A stretch of 64,000 nt of DNA. Origin: Eledone cirrhosa. Lineage: Eukaryota. This document shows, piece by piece, positions 1 through 12,743 of this stretch. The notes under the pieces are model-generated. The model was not told the origin of the DNA. It was given only the letters and a program-made list of their open reading frames with translations, and did no database searches. Position 1 is the stretch's first letter, and every line of letters starts with the position of its first letter. The stretch is from NCBI GenBank assembly GCA_964016885.1, contig OZ024743.1, forward strand, positions 78,926,001 to 78,990,000, read 5' to 3'. The position numbers and the translations under genes are program-made.

Positions 1-820
1 GGCGTAAAACACAGACCATAGAGGGGATAAACACTCAGAAAGCCTGGCATGGAGTTCCGACAAGTTTATGACATCACACCTTGAGGGATATCTCTATGCA
101 ATACAAGAACAAGAACTCCCTACCAAATATCTGCTGCACAAAAGAGGAGGGACAGCAGCTGACAATAAATGTAGGCTATGTAAAACAAAGATCGAGGATG
201 TAAGCCACATTGTTGCCAGCTGCGAAAGAATGTCATCTCGCTACTACCTCCCCATGAGACACGATGGGATAGCTAGAACCATCTGGAACGAACTTCGGAA
301 AACAAAATTAACAAACGTGGAAGAATATATTGAGACAGATGGCACTAAGGAATACTGGTGGAACCTGAAAATAAAAACTGCCACCAAATTAAAGCACAAC
401 CGGCCTGATATTGTTGTTTGGGACCACACATTGAAAACGTGTTCTGTTGTGGAGATCAGCTGCCCACTTGATGTAAACGTTGTCAGAAAAATAGAGGAGA
501 AGGAGGACATCTACGGACCATTGATGAGGAGTTTACAAATCCAGTATCCAAGATACACCTTTAGCTTCATACCTATCATTATTGGAGTTACGGGTTATAT
601 ACGAACCCGCTTAGACCAAAGTATGACTGAACTTGGATTTGCGGACAAAAAGCGCAGCTCCCCAATTCATAGTCTACAAATGGTTGCGATAGCTGGCACC
701 TTCAAAATTTGCAAAACATTCTTGCGATTCAAGGGATGACAATTTCTTTTTTTTTACAACCTTGCCACCAGGAAGGTGGCCGGTCAAAAAAATATACTCG
801 AAATTAAGAGAAAGAGATAA
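1..820 (+). mobile_element. 3' part of an R4/Dong-like (RLE-type) non-LTR retrotransposon; ORF 68..739 encodes a CCHC knuckle plus restriction-like endonuclease
   Basis: Protein has CRLC..EDVSHIVASC, RHD, and KHNRPDIVVWD..VVEISCP (PD..D/ExK-type RLE). A short 3' UTR is followed directly by (CATA)n. Runs off the window 5' end. Confidence 0.85.
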
Positions 821-850
821 CATACAAACATACATACATACATACATACA

Positions 851-1660
851 TAGAACTAACATCGAGCATATCACCCATGTCATCAGCAGCTGTCCAAAGA
901 TGTCATCGCGGTACTATCTACCTATGAGGCATGACGTAGTGGCCAAAACACTGTACAATGCAGTTCGTAAAAAAGATAGCCCCGATAATAAACACATTAA
1001 AAGCTACAACAATGTGGAAGACATCCATGTACATAATATGAAAGAGTACTGGTGGAATGTTCCAGTAACAAACCCAATAAAATGCAGGCATAACAGACCA
1101 GATATTATGATATGGGACAGGGAGAAGAAAACATGCACAGTAGTGGAAATTAGCTTCCCAGCAGATGCCAATATAATATCAAAGATTAGTGAAAAGGAGA
1201 ATATTTATGCAGAACTGATGAGAAACTCCAGATACTCCACCCTGATTACACCTTCAGATTTATGCCTGTGATTATTGGGGCACTGGGGTATGTTAGTAAC
1301 TTTCTCAATACAAATCTTGAGAAGCTAGGCTTCACAGGAACAGAAAGAACACAACTAGTTAGGAAATTACAAGTACAATCCATTAATGGAACAGTAAAAA
1401 TATGTAAAACATTCCAAAAATTTTGCATCTAATAACTGCATATACACATGTACAGATACAAAGCATATAGACATGCACACATACAACTCAAAACATCCAC
1501 ATCCACACATACAATAACATCCATATCTACACATGCATGCATACATACATATCTACCTAGTTGATGTTGTGTAAATTCCAATGAGAGATCTTGTGTCTAT
1601 GTTAGAAACCGACTCTCTCTCTCTATTGGTAAAACTTTGTGAAATTATAAAACCAGAAGA
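851..1660 (+). mobile_element. Second, diverged 5'-truncated R4/Dong-like RLE element with a frameshift near 1230
   Basis: EHITHVISSCPKMSSRYYLPMRHD..EYWWN..RHNRPDIMIWD..VVEISFP. Continues in another frame to ..GTVKICKTFQKF (stop ~1432). Flanked by (CATA)n on both sides. Confidence 0.85.
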
Positions 1661-1670
1661 ACATACATAC

Positions 1671-2276
1671 ATGGTTGCTGCCAACTCGTTTTCGAGTACG
1701 GCCACTACTTTATATCCATGTAGGAGAACCCCTACCGATGCCCTGAACGAGTGTGACTTTTCAGTCCAGCCAGCAACTTGAAAACTCTGGTACAAACACT
1801 ATACTTGTGAGAATTATTGACACATAGTGCTCGGCCCATGGTACCATGTGACGACAAGTGCAGAGAGATCTCCAGATATAAAGCAATGCCTGTGTCGTGA
1901 AGCTTTTATAGTGAGCAAAGGCACTGCACAAAGCCAGTCCTACTCTCTCAACAAAGATGATATTTACCAAAAAGAACAAGTCAACATCATTGGATACCAT
2001 CAGGGTTGCAGGTGTTATATCAGAGTTTTCCTTCTCCTAGACTTCTGCCTTGACAAAGGTTAAGGGGTCATCTCTCCCGGTGATTTTGGATGGCCATTGA
2101 CTCTTAAGAGTTCCTTTGCCCTTTGACAGGTTTTGTCTTTAGTCCTGCAGGATGTCCAAAGTTACCCTCCTCACCAAGAAACCTTGGTGGGGTTGCCAGT
2201 TTAGTCGCCAACGACCCGACCATGAGACAGGTTGTACTGGAATACATGTTACCAGTAGCACCAGATGGTGACCTGA
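1671..2276 (-). mobile_element. ~600-bp non-autonomous RTE-type retroelement (RTE-like 5' UTR joined to an RTE 3' end), copy 1
   Basis: Near-identical copies at 34516..35124 (-) and 24288..24731 (+). The 3' part encodes a C2H2 remnant, CRVCTRVFKSLAGLKSHTRSAH in the 24.4-kb copy, typical of RTE ORF C-termini. No RT. Confidence 0.65.
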
Positions 2277-2514
2277 CATACATACATACGTACATACATA
2301 CATACATACATACATACATACATACATACATACATACATACATACATACGTATATACATACATACCACAGTCAACGCGATCAGTCGCATATTTTGGCGTG
2401 GGAGACTATTTATTAAATTTAAGATAAATATTATCCCCGACAGTAATGCCACAACTACAGTCATGTTGAATAACTGGTTATTCTTCTAACTATATCTTCT
2501 GAAGGAACCTTTTA

Positions 2515-2890
2515 TTCGAATTCGTAGAGATATCCGACTCTTTTCAGTCTAAGGTGTTCTCTCCGACGAGTTTCAAAGTGTTCACCACCTGACTTGATCA
2601 AACGTCTCCACTTCGCACGCTCCTCAGCTATTTTCTCCCATTCGTCAGATGAAATTCCAGCGCAAGCCAAGGTGCCCCTGACACAGTCCCGGTACCGCAT
2701 TTTTGGTTTGTGTGGTGGTCGCCTTCCTTCGCACAGTTCTCCGTAGGGAAGTTGCTTTGGAATGCGATCATCAGACATTCGGACCACGTGTTTACACTAC
2801 CTCAACCGATGCCGAAAGATCATGCTCTCTATAGTCACGCACCTGCTCCGTTCGAGAACTTCACACACACAGAACTTTCCTACCCTGTTT
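2515..2890 (-). mobile_element. RTE-clade LINE ORF C-terminal fragment
   Basis: VRMSDDRIPKQLPYGELCEGRRPPHKPKMRYRD..WEKIAEERAKWR matches the RTE/BovB C-terminal pattern. Confidence 0.8.
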
Positions 2891-3590
2891 CCTGACTGAC
2901 CACTGGAACTTCTGCAACAAAAACATCAGAACCTTTAGACAACCTGTAGCTGATCTCTTCGCCGAGGATGCTGTTTCTCTAGAGGGTTCTACTCAGGTAG
3001 ACAAACTTATCCTTTGAAGGGGTGTGGCCATGGTCTGTGGAATTTAACATGGGGAGGGGCAAGGTCTGTGGGATTAAACGGGTGGGGGAGGCAAGGTCTG
3101 TGGGACTGAAAGGCTGGGGCCATGATCTGTGGAATTGCATGAGGTATTGGAAGGGGGAGTTAATTCTAAATTAGAATGTGGTGGAATTATATAGATGGGA
3201 GGGGGTAAGCTGTACAAAAGAACCAATGGTGAGATTGAATTAATGGAAAAGGTGTGGAAATAGGGAAGGGGTCAAACTCTGTAATAAACTGTATGGTGGG
3301 AACGAACTGTTAATTTCCTGCGTCGCTCTGGAATGTAGTTTATTGCTGACTAAGGGGAAAATCGATAGTAAATTCATGAGATGCTACAGGAGATAGGGGT
3401 GGAGTTGAGGCTGTGGTCAGCTACAGGAGATGGGGGGGGGGGGGGGGGGGGGTAGAGGCTAAAGGCAGCTACAGGTGACAGAGGGGTGCAGCGTGCCATG
3501 GAAGGGTCCAGGGAAAATTGTTAAGGAATGACTCATTAGTCTTCCTGTGTTCTTGGAATTAAATTAAACACGAGACAGGATCGAATCTTA

Positions 3591-5447
3591 ATGTGTGTGT
3601 GTGTGTCTGTGTATCTGTGTGTGTGTCTATGTGTGTGTCTGTGTGTCTGTGTGTGTCTGTGTGTGTATGTGTGTGTCTGTGTGTCTGTGTGTGTGTGTGT
3701 CTGTGTGTCTGTGTGTCTGTGTGTCTGTGTGTCTGTGTGTGTGTCTGTGTGTGTCTGTGTGTGTCTGTGTGTCTGTGTGTGTTTGTGTGTGTGTATGTGT
3801 GTCTGTGTGTATGTGTGTGTGTATGTGTGTGTATGTGTGTGTCTGTGTGTCTGTGTGTCTGTGTATCTGTGTGTGTCTGTGTGTGTCTGTGTGTGTGTGT
3901 GTGTCTGTGTGTCTGTGTGTGCGTGTGTGTGTGTGTCTGTGTGTCTGTGTGTGTCTGTGTGTGTCTGTGTGTCTATATGTCTGTGTGTGTGTCTGAGTGT
4001 GTCTGTGTGTGTCTGTGTGTCTGTGTGTGTGTCTGTGTGTGTCTGTGTGTGTGTATGTGTGTATGTGTGTGTGTGTGTCTGTGGTCTGTGTGTCTGTGTC
4101 TGTGTCTCTGTGTGTGTGTCTGTGTGTCTGTGTATCTGTGTGTCTGTGTGTGTCTGTGTGTGTCTGTCTGTGTGTCTGTGTGTCTGTGTGTCTGTGTGTG
4201 TATGTGTGTATGTGTGTCTGTGTGTGTGTCTGTGTGTGTCTGTGTGTCTGTGTGTCTGTGTGTGTCTGTGTGTCTGTCTGTCTGTGTGTGTGTCTGTGTG
4301 TGTCTGTGTGTGTCTGTGTGTGTCTGTGTGTCTGTGTATCTGTGTGTGTCTGTGTGTGTCTGTGTGTGTGTGTCTGTCTATCTGTGTCTGTGTGTGTGTG
4401 TGTCTGTCTGTGTGTCTGTCTGTGTGTCTGTGTGTCTCTCTGTGTGTCTGTGTGTGTCTGTGTGTCTGTGTGTCTGTGTGTCTCTCTGTGTGTCTCTGTG
4501 TGTGTGTGTCTGTGTGTCTGTGTGTGTGTCTGTGTGTGTCTGTGTGTGTGTGTATGTGTGTATGTGTGTGTGTGTGTCTGTGGTCTGTGTGTCTGTGTCT
4601 GTGTCTCTGTGTGTGTGTCTGTGTGTCTGTGTATCTGTGTGTCTGTGTGTGTCTGTGTGTGTCTGTATGTGTGTCTGTGTGTCTGTGTGTGTCTGTGTAT
4701 GTGTCTGTGTGTGTCTGTGTGTCTGTGTGTCTGTGTGTGTCTGTGTGTCTGTGTGTCTGTGTGTGTGTCTGTGTGTGTCTGTGTGTGTCTGTGTGTATGT
4801 CTGTGTGTCTGTGTATCTGTGTCTGTGTGTCTGTGTGTCTGTGTGTGTCTGTGTGTGTGTCTGTCTATCTGTGTCTGTGTGTGTCTGTGTGTGTGTGTCT
4901 GTGTGTCTGTCTGTGTGTCTGTGTGTGTCTGTGTGTCTGTGTGTCTCTCTGTGTGTCTGTGTGTCTGTGTGTCTGTGTGTCTGTGTGTGTGTCTCTGTGT
5001 GTGTGTGTCTGTGTGTGTGTCTGTGTGTGTCTGTGTGTCTGTGTGTCTGTGTGTGTGTCTCTGTGTGTGTGTGTCTGTGTGTGTGTCTGTGTGTGTCTGT
5101 GTGTCTGTGTGTCTGTGTGTCTGTGTGTGTGTCTCTGTGTGTGTGTGTCTGTGTGTGTGTCTGTGTGTGTCTGTGTGTCTGTGTGTCTCTCTGTGTGTCT
5201 GTGTGTGTGTCTCTGTGTGTGTGTGTGTCTGTGTGTGTCTGTGTGTCTGTGTGTGTGTCTGAATACATACCTACACACATACATATATACAAAAACCACA
5301 ATTACTGACTCTCAAAAACACACTCACACGCACATATATATATATATGTATATATATACACACACTCATGTATATATATATATATATATATACATACACA
5401 AACTCACACACACACATATATACATACACAAACACACACACACATAC

Positions 5448-5488
<41 letters not shown>

Positions 5489-5490
5489 AG
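3591..5490. repeat. Compound (TG)n/(TCTG)n microsatellite followed by a (CA)/(TA) tract
   Basis: Direct reading. The long Cys/Val ORFs here are repeat translations. Confidence 0.97.
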
Positions 5491-5670
5491 TTCAATCGGG
5501 GGGTGGCGGACCACAGTAAGTAAGGTACTCAATACAAAGCAGAGTATAAATATTTAATATAGAAAGGCTTCTACAGGACTAGAACCGTTCCATTCCAGAG
5601 AAATCATCAGGGCTTCCTGATGATTTCTCGGGCATGAAACAGTTCTAGTCCTGTAGAAACCTTTCTACAT

Positions 5671-5678
<8 letters not shown>
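5490..5678. mobile_element. Short fold-back PLE-terminus-like repeat with an HHR-like CTGATGA..GAAA motif on both strands
   Basis: 5545-5612 is the approximate reverse complement of 5616-5678. Related pieces at ~6950-7025, 30550-30680 and 31565-31690, all next to (TA)n. Confidence 0.55.
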
Positions 5679-5713
<35 letters not shown>

Positions 5714-5795
5714 ATAATAATAGTAATAATACAAATTTGAAGACTAAAATCCAAAGAGGGCTCGATGAGGATAAATATATATCAAATATTTATTA

Positions 5796-6910
5796 AAATA
5801 ACAGATTAAAGTTTAAGCAAAGAATCGCTGCTTTCACCCTTAACGGGATCTTCTGAAACTAACAAAGTCAATCTGTGAACGCATTATAGCCCCACATTAT
5901 ACCCTAACGGATAGTACGATCTATACGCGGATATTTTACGTCTTGATGTGGTAACTAAGTATATGTTATGTTTATACCATTACTTATTTGCATAGGTAAG
6001 TATATATTACCTGTATGTTTTGTGAGGGTACGTATACTTTCTCGTACGTATATTTGATTGTATATGTTATGGCGTATATTTTTATATATTCTGGTACATA
6101 TGATTTTGGTTATGTGTATACGTGAGTTTTGCGTCTGTGTGAGTATGCGGCTTCGTACGTATGTAGGGTGTGTGTATATGTGTACTTCGTGTTTTAGTTG
6201 ACGTACGTCTCCGAACATATGTGTATTTACATGTAGGTATGTGTGTGCGCTTGTTATATACGTATTTATTTATTTATATACGTTTATTTAATTATTTGTA
6301 TACACGCACACACACACATATTTATATGTGCGTGTATTTGTATACCTATGGCGAGTGTTTTTGCGTATGCTTGTGTATGTACGTATATGGTTGCGTGTAT
6401 GTATTTATTTAATTTCTGTTACCTCTGTATTTTATTTACTTTATTCTTAACTCTGAAGCCGAGTATCATTCGGTTTCCTAGTTAGAATTTTAGTCTACGA
6501 CTTCAGTTATACCGTTTACGTGGTTTTGTCTTTGTGTGCAATAGTTCTCCACGCTCCACATATGACGTATTATCTTCGTTTTTTCCGTTCATTGCTAGAG
6601 AACGTCTCTATGAACCACCTAAGAGAATATTAGTCTACGACCTTCTTTTATACAATAAACGTGGTTTTGTCTTTGCGTGTAATTGTTTAACACCGCTCCA
6701 AATAATGACGTATTATATTCGTTTTTTCCCGTTCTTTGCCAGGGAACGTTTCCATGAACCAAAGTATCGTCTTCCTGTCTTCCTCCGGTTGCAAAGTTTT
6801 TTGAAATATTCACTTCTGCGTTCACAGATTGACTTTGTTAGTTTCAGAAGGTCCCGTTAAGGGTGAAAGCAGCGATTCTTTACTTAAACTTGAATTTGTT
6901 ATTTTATAAA
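5796..6910 (+). mobile_element. Non-coding PLE-derived element with an inverted terminal copy and a variant HHR, copy 1
   Basis: 5796-5884 is the reverse complement of ~6817-6905. 6170-6905 is near-identical to 57055-57795. Ends in (TA)n. Confidence 0.65.
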
Positions 6911-6913
6911 TAA

Positions 6914-6950
<37 letters not shown>

Positions 6951-7271
6951 TAAGTTATTCCGGGTTGAGTCGGAGGTTACCACAGTAAGTAAGGTACTCA
7001 ATACATAGCAGAGTATATATTCTCATCTATATTAAAACTATATATATATATATATAATTGTTCAAGACCCCGACGGCAGAGCTCAAGCCGTTTCGATGAC
7101 TATTTCTGTCAGAATCCAGAAATAGTCGTCTAAACGTTTTCAGCTCTGCCATCGGGGTCTTAAACAATTTTTTATTACCCACTCTACCACCCTTAGTATT
7201 GTGTACTCTGGTGCGTTATAGTCCACCTGGTTCCTTACCACACTTCCTTCGTTAAATATATATATGAATAT

Positions 7272-7345
<74 letters not shown>

Positions 7346-7467
7346 CAAAGGAATTGTGGTAAGGAACCAAATGGACGATAACGCACCAGAGTACTCAATA
7401 TATATCTATTAAATAATTAAGTCAAATATGTAAAATTTAGCTTCGTTTATTATAAATTATAGATATG

Positions 7468-7520
7468 CTGCTATATATATTTTGGTGACAGCCATCATTG
7501 GCTGTGACCTCTTCAGGCAG
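7468..7520 (-). ncRNA. Degenerate type I hammerhead ribozyme motif
   Basis: Minus strand reads CTGC-CTGAAGA-GGTcACAGCCAatgaTGGCTGTcACC-AAAA-TATATA-TA-GCAG. The GAAA is mutated to AAAA at a CpG. Confidence 0.55.
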
Positions 7521-7740
7521 TCCGAATTGGTGTGAGAAAGACAGGTACACATGTTGTTGAAGTGTGTCAATACATCGATATGTCCAGCTCCTGGTTGTGT
7601 TGTTATTTCTCTGAGGAACTGGAATCATATGATGACTTAATTATTTTACATTACTCCGGAGGAAAGAAACCAATCTGTGTACTTCGTCGAATTCTCCAAT
7701 CTGCATACTAAGGTGTCGGTAAACAACCAACATATACTCA

Positions 7741-7813
<73 letters not shown>

Positions 7814-7854
7814 AAAATAAACAAAGAGGCCTTCAATACATCAAAGGTGTTTAT

Positions 7855-7899
7855 TAGCCAACAATGTTTCGTCCCATTAATAAGGACTCATCAGGGCAA
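7855..7899 (-). ncRNA. Minimal type I hammerhead ribozyme (inverted-arm copy)
   Basis: Reverse complement of the 14316-14360 motif. Confidence 0.75.
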
Positions 7900-9333
7900 G
7901 CAAAGAGACAAGAAGCATTAACGGCCAGAACAAGTCAAAACTCAGAAGAATAGGGAATTTATATTTTTGAAAGCTTAGGAGAGATATCAAGGAAAAGCAT
8001 GCTAAACCTAAAAGTGTGCAGTTACATATATAGACTGTAGGGCATGAAAGCGAGTAACATGTCAAACCTATGTTGAAAGTACAGTATAATACAATTACAT
8101 GGAACACAACATGGTAATATAATGTGAGAATTACAATATGATACTGAATACAATATAATGGATAATAAGGAATAAAAAGGAATAAAAAGCTTAATATATG
8201 TATATATATATATATCCATATATATACACATTTACACAAACACATACTAACACTTATAAAGTATTTAAATATAAATAAAAATATACTCGTTATAATATAA
8301 AAAACCTTTATAATAGAATAAACCAATCACCCTGACGTTGCGCATAAACAATACAGAAAAACAATAGAATAATATACTGACATAAAAAAACATATAAAAC
8401 TACATCATACATATTATTTAAGGTCAATAAATTGTATATAAAGTTATTCACAGGGTAAGAAAAAATATCATACAAAACTAAAGTATTTTGAAAGAATATA
8501 TATAAATACATGAAGTATTGACAATAAACACATAGAGGTATAGGCAGTTTACATTCATAAAATATTACAAAATATTACAAAACAGTACCTCAAATATCTG
8601 ACATATATTAATATCTATAATTCAATTATATAAAAATAATATGGTATATCAATGTTAATATTATAATAGCAGACAGAGTCAATGGAAAATGCTTAAGACA
8701 TATTTACACGGTTGATATATGGAGACATATTATGATACAATAACATATGATAGGAAGACAGACAGCAGCATGTGGTAGTAAAAAAAAAACAAAATAAAAT
8801 AAAAAAAAAACGAAGAACAAAAACAAAAAACAAAAAAAACAAGCACAGTTACGTAGGTATTAAGTCGTTAGGTAAATATAGATGAAAGAATTGAATAGAA
8901 AACCTTATTAAATTAATTGATATTAAAATTCCATTTGGTCACTTCAAATGGAATAAAGTTTAAGTCATCAAGGTCGTATAAAATTAAGATATTTCAATAA
9001 AAACTATCAAAATATATTACGTTCCGTTCAGACGAATTACGTTATCAAAGAAAAAAAGAAAAAAACTATAAATAAAACTATGGTAGACCAATGGGAACAG
9101 AAGGAAGTGAATCTATGGAGGATAGGAATGAGCATAAAGGTAAAATTTATATATAATATATTATATATTAAAAAGGAGCATAAAATTAAAATTATTATAT
9201 AAATAAAAAGGGGCGAATATTAAGTGTGGAAAGGAGGAGGTTTATTAGTTTTAGATGTAAGAGACTCAAAAATTAAACTATTCAATAAGATACAAACTTA
9301 TAAGGCGATAATAGTGAGTAAAAACGTAATAAT

Positions 9334-9518
9334 TGTTTCTACTTTAGGCACAAGGCCAGCAATTACCCAGTGCATTACTGGTACTTTATTTTATCGACCC
9401 CGTAAGGATGAAAGGCAAAGTCAACCTCGGCGGGATTTGAACTCAGATCGTAAAGGGACGTAACTATGCTGGAAAGCATGGCTTCCGACCCTCTACCGAT
9501 ACTGCCAATCCACCGCCC
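9334..9518 (-). mobile_element. Full-length tRNA-derived SINE with a 15-bp TSD
   Basis: TSD TAAAAACGTAATAAT at 9319-9333 and 9519-9533. The empty site is seen once in the paired arm (~12870-12884). Has A box-like TGGCAGTATCGGTAG, B box GAGTTCAAATCC, and body GCCTTTCATCCTTACGGGGTCGATAAAA. Confidence 0.9.
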
Positions 9519-9659
9519 TAAAAACGTAATAATGTTAAGATGATAGATAGGGTAAGGTAGCTAATAAGACTATGAAAACTAAAATCGAAAAACCGTAGAA
9601 AACTAATAATAATGGTAATATTAATGAACTAAAACCTAAGATATAAGGAAATATAGCAG

Positions 9660-10505
9660 CTAATGGATACGGTTTAAACTACCAGAACTTTTAGGTCTAT
9701 AATAGAAGAAAGAATTAGAAATGGCATGCGGACAGGAAGAAAATATTTCAGATTTTCTATTAAGCAATAAGTTCCTAGAGAAAATTATAGAGTGGGTCTC
9801 TAGGATACAAAGATTACAGAATTTAGTGTGTGTTGATAGGTGATTAGAGTGTGCTTCTATTCGCCAATTAAGGCTATATGGTATACCAGCCCCTTTTAAA
9901 TCCCAGATATGGTGTGCCAAAGAAGTAGAGTTCTTAAACTTGATATGCTTAAAATTAGAAATATGTGAATTAAACCTAGTTTTAAAAGTATTAGATGTGG
10001 AGCCTATATATGTGCTACATGAAGAATTAGTCTTAACTTCACATGCATAAACAATGTTCCTAGAGAAGCAGTGACCATTTAAAGGGCAGTTATTACTTAA
10101 TCTACAGTTACATTTCCGGGTACTAGCGACTCGCTGACTACGCGATGCATTATTCCTAGGGTTATTATAAGATAAGATCTGCTCGGGTGGTAAGTTATTA
10201 ATAGAGCTATCTAGATTAGTAGTACGCAAAGAGGAATAGCTGTCCCTAATTTTCCTATTGTTAATACTAGCTAGATGAGAATTAATGTTAGGGGTGGTAG
10301 AGAAGGAGAGTTTAATTACATTCTTATTAAAGATACCATGATATTTGTTAGTAGGAGGGAAATTTTTCTCTAAAATAGAAAAGAAAGACCTAGGGATATT
10401 AGTTAATACTTCGTGATCATAAGATGGGTTAAAGTAAGTATTGAGTCTCCTCCTAAGCAATATAATCCATAGAGTAAATATTCTTAGTCTTGTCAGCCGG
10501 GACAA
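9660..10505 (-). pseudogene. Inverted duplicate of the PLE GIY-YIG endonuclease region
   Basis: Protein is nearly identical to the C-terminal ~265 aa of ORF 11382..12743. Confidence 0.9.
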
Positions 10506-10529
10506 GAATATTGTTAAAGATTTTTAAAG

Positions 10530-12743
10530 TCTATTCTTGTCCCGGCTGACAAGACTAAGAATCTTTATTCTATGGATTATATTGCTTACCGTAATTTTAT
10601 TTATAAGGAGCTGCATAAAAATTACAAAAAGACTACGCAGGATAATTTGGATCAAATCAATAATGAGGGCCTCAAGATAGTTTCGGATCTGGGACTTGAT
10701 AAGTATACCCAACCATATTACCTTAGGGAACCGAGATTCACACTTAAGGATCATAAGGTAGACTTCATAAGTAATCCTTCTGTTAGACTTATCAGTCCTT
10801 CTAAGTCTGATATAGCTATAATTAGTAAGAAAATTCTTGACCTGATTATACCTACCGTTAGAGAAAAGGTTCATTTTAATCTATGGGGGAATACTAAGGA
10901 TGTTATTGATTGGTTCTCTGGTATTAATAAGCTTGAGTCTAGTAGGTTTATCCAGCTTGATATTGACGCCTATTACACGTCAATTTCACATATCCTCCTT
11001 AATGAAGCCTTAATTATGGCCATGCGAATGTCTAGTCTTACGCGACCCCAGATTGATGTTATACTAGCCGCCCGTAGGAATATCATCAAATTCGAAGATA
11101 CACTTTGGACGCGTAAAAACACACCCAACAACTTTGACGTTACAATGAGTTCGAGTGATTCGGCGCAGGTAACTGATCTTGTTGGGCTGTTCCTCTTGAA
11201 CGAACTGTATGTTAGCTTTCCGCACCTTAAAGGTGGACTTTATCGTGACGATGCATTATTTGAGATAAATTCTAGCACTAATAACATTGAGCATAATAGG
11301 AAGAAGCTTTATAAATTTTTTTAAAATGTTAACCTTTCGATCACGATTGATAAGAATGATAGAGCAGTTAACTTTTTAGATGTGACATTAGACTTGGTCA
11401 CTAATAGTTATAAACCCCCCCACAAGCCAAATGAGACACTCTCTTACGTTAATCCTAATTCCAACCACCCTAAATCTATGATTAGTTCTATAATTAATGG
11501 TGTTTCTAATAGAATCTCTACACTCTCTAAGGATATAGGAATTTTTAATTCGCATGCAGAGTATTATAATAATGCCCTAGCTAACTCTGGTTACTCTGGT
11601 AGAATACATTATAAGGAGGACAACCTTGGAATGACTCCAATTACCCATAATAACGTAATATCCCATAATATGGCCTTCAATAAGAGTAGAAAGTATAGGA
11701 ATAATAGAAATCTTATAGATATATCCAAACCGAACCCTAAGTTTAGCTACCGAAATAGTAATCGTAATAGTGAGTCTAATGGTACGCATTTCGAGATTAG
11801 TTCTAATGAACAGGATAGGCGCTCTGAACGTTCACCCAGTGGTAATGTTTTAACTGCTTCTAATAGTGTTATTTCAACTGGTCCTCGTATTAACCCTGAT
11901 CCTATTAATAAGATACCAGATAACGGTAGGGATGGTAAAGGTAAGAATAGGAGGAGACTCAATACTTACTTTAACCCACCTTATGATCACGAAGTATTAA
12001 CTAATATCCCCAGGTCTTTCTTTTCTATTTTAGAGAAAAATTTCCCTCCTACTAACAAATATCATGGTATCTTTAATAAGAATGTAATTAAACTCTCCTT
12101 CTCTACCACCCCTAACATTAATTCTCATCTAGCTAGTATTAACAATAGGAAAATTAGGGACAGCTATTCCTCTTTGCGTACTACTAATCTAGATAGCTCT
12201 ATTAATAACTTACCACCCGAGCAGATCTTATCTTATAATAACCCTAGGAATAATGCATCGCGTAGTCAGCGAGTCGCTAGTACCCGGAAATGTAACTGTA
12301 GATTAAGTAATAACTGCCCTTTAAATGGTCACTGCTTCTCTAGGAACATTGTTTATGCATGTGAAGTTAAGACTAATTCTTCATGTAGCACATATATAGG
12401 CTCCACATCTAATACTTTTAAAACTAGGTTTAATTCACATATTTCTAATTTTAAGCATATCAAGTTTAAGAACTCTACTTCTTTGGCACACCATATCTGG
12501 GATTTAAAAGGGGCTGGTATACCATATAGCCTTAATTGGCGAATAGAAGCACACTCTAATCACCTATCAACACACACTAAATTCTGTAATCTTTGTATCC
12601 TAGAGACCCACTCTATAATTTTCTCTAGGAACTTATTGCTTAATAGAAAATCTGAAATATTTTCTTCCTGTCCGCATGCCATTTCTAATTCTTTCTTCTA
12701 TTATAGACCTAACAGTTCTGGTAGTTTAAACCGTATCCATTAG
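10530..12743 (+). pseudogene. PLE reverse transcriptase + GIY-YIG endonuclease ORF, 5'-truncated, with one in-frame TAA at 11322-11324
   Basis: RT motifs ILVPADKTKNLY, FIQLDIDAYY, MSSSDSAQVTDLVG, GGLYRDD, NFLDVTLDL. EN region CNC..CPLNGHC, NIVYACEV..YIGST..FKTRFNSH, CNLC..E, NRKSE..CPH. Track ORFs 10572..11324 and 11382..12743 are in the same frame. Confidence 0.9.

Noticed and set aside
2492-2532. TATCTT-CTGAAGG..TTC-GAATTCGTA-GAGATA HHR-like motif
   Set aside because: Both core halves deviate and there is a single copy, so it is too degenerate to call.
3591-5489. Long Cys/Val-rich ORFs, and similar YI-, RE-, SL-, H-, T/N- and M/V-rich ORFs throughout the window
   Set aside because: They are translations of micro- or minisatellites open in several frames, with no evidence of coding function.
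11322-11324. Recoded stop or selenocysteine in the Naiad-type ORF
   Set aside because: The stop is TAA, not TGA, and lies at a T-run/A-run boundary. A simple nonsense mutation or base-call error is more likely.
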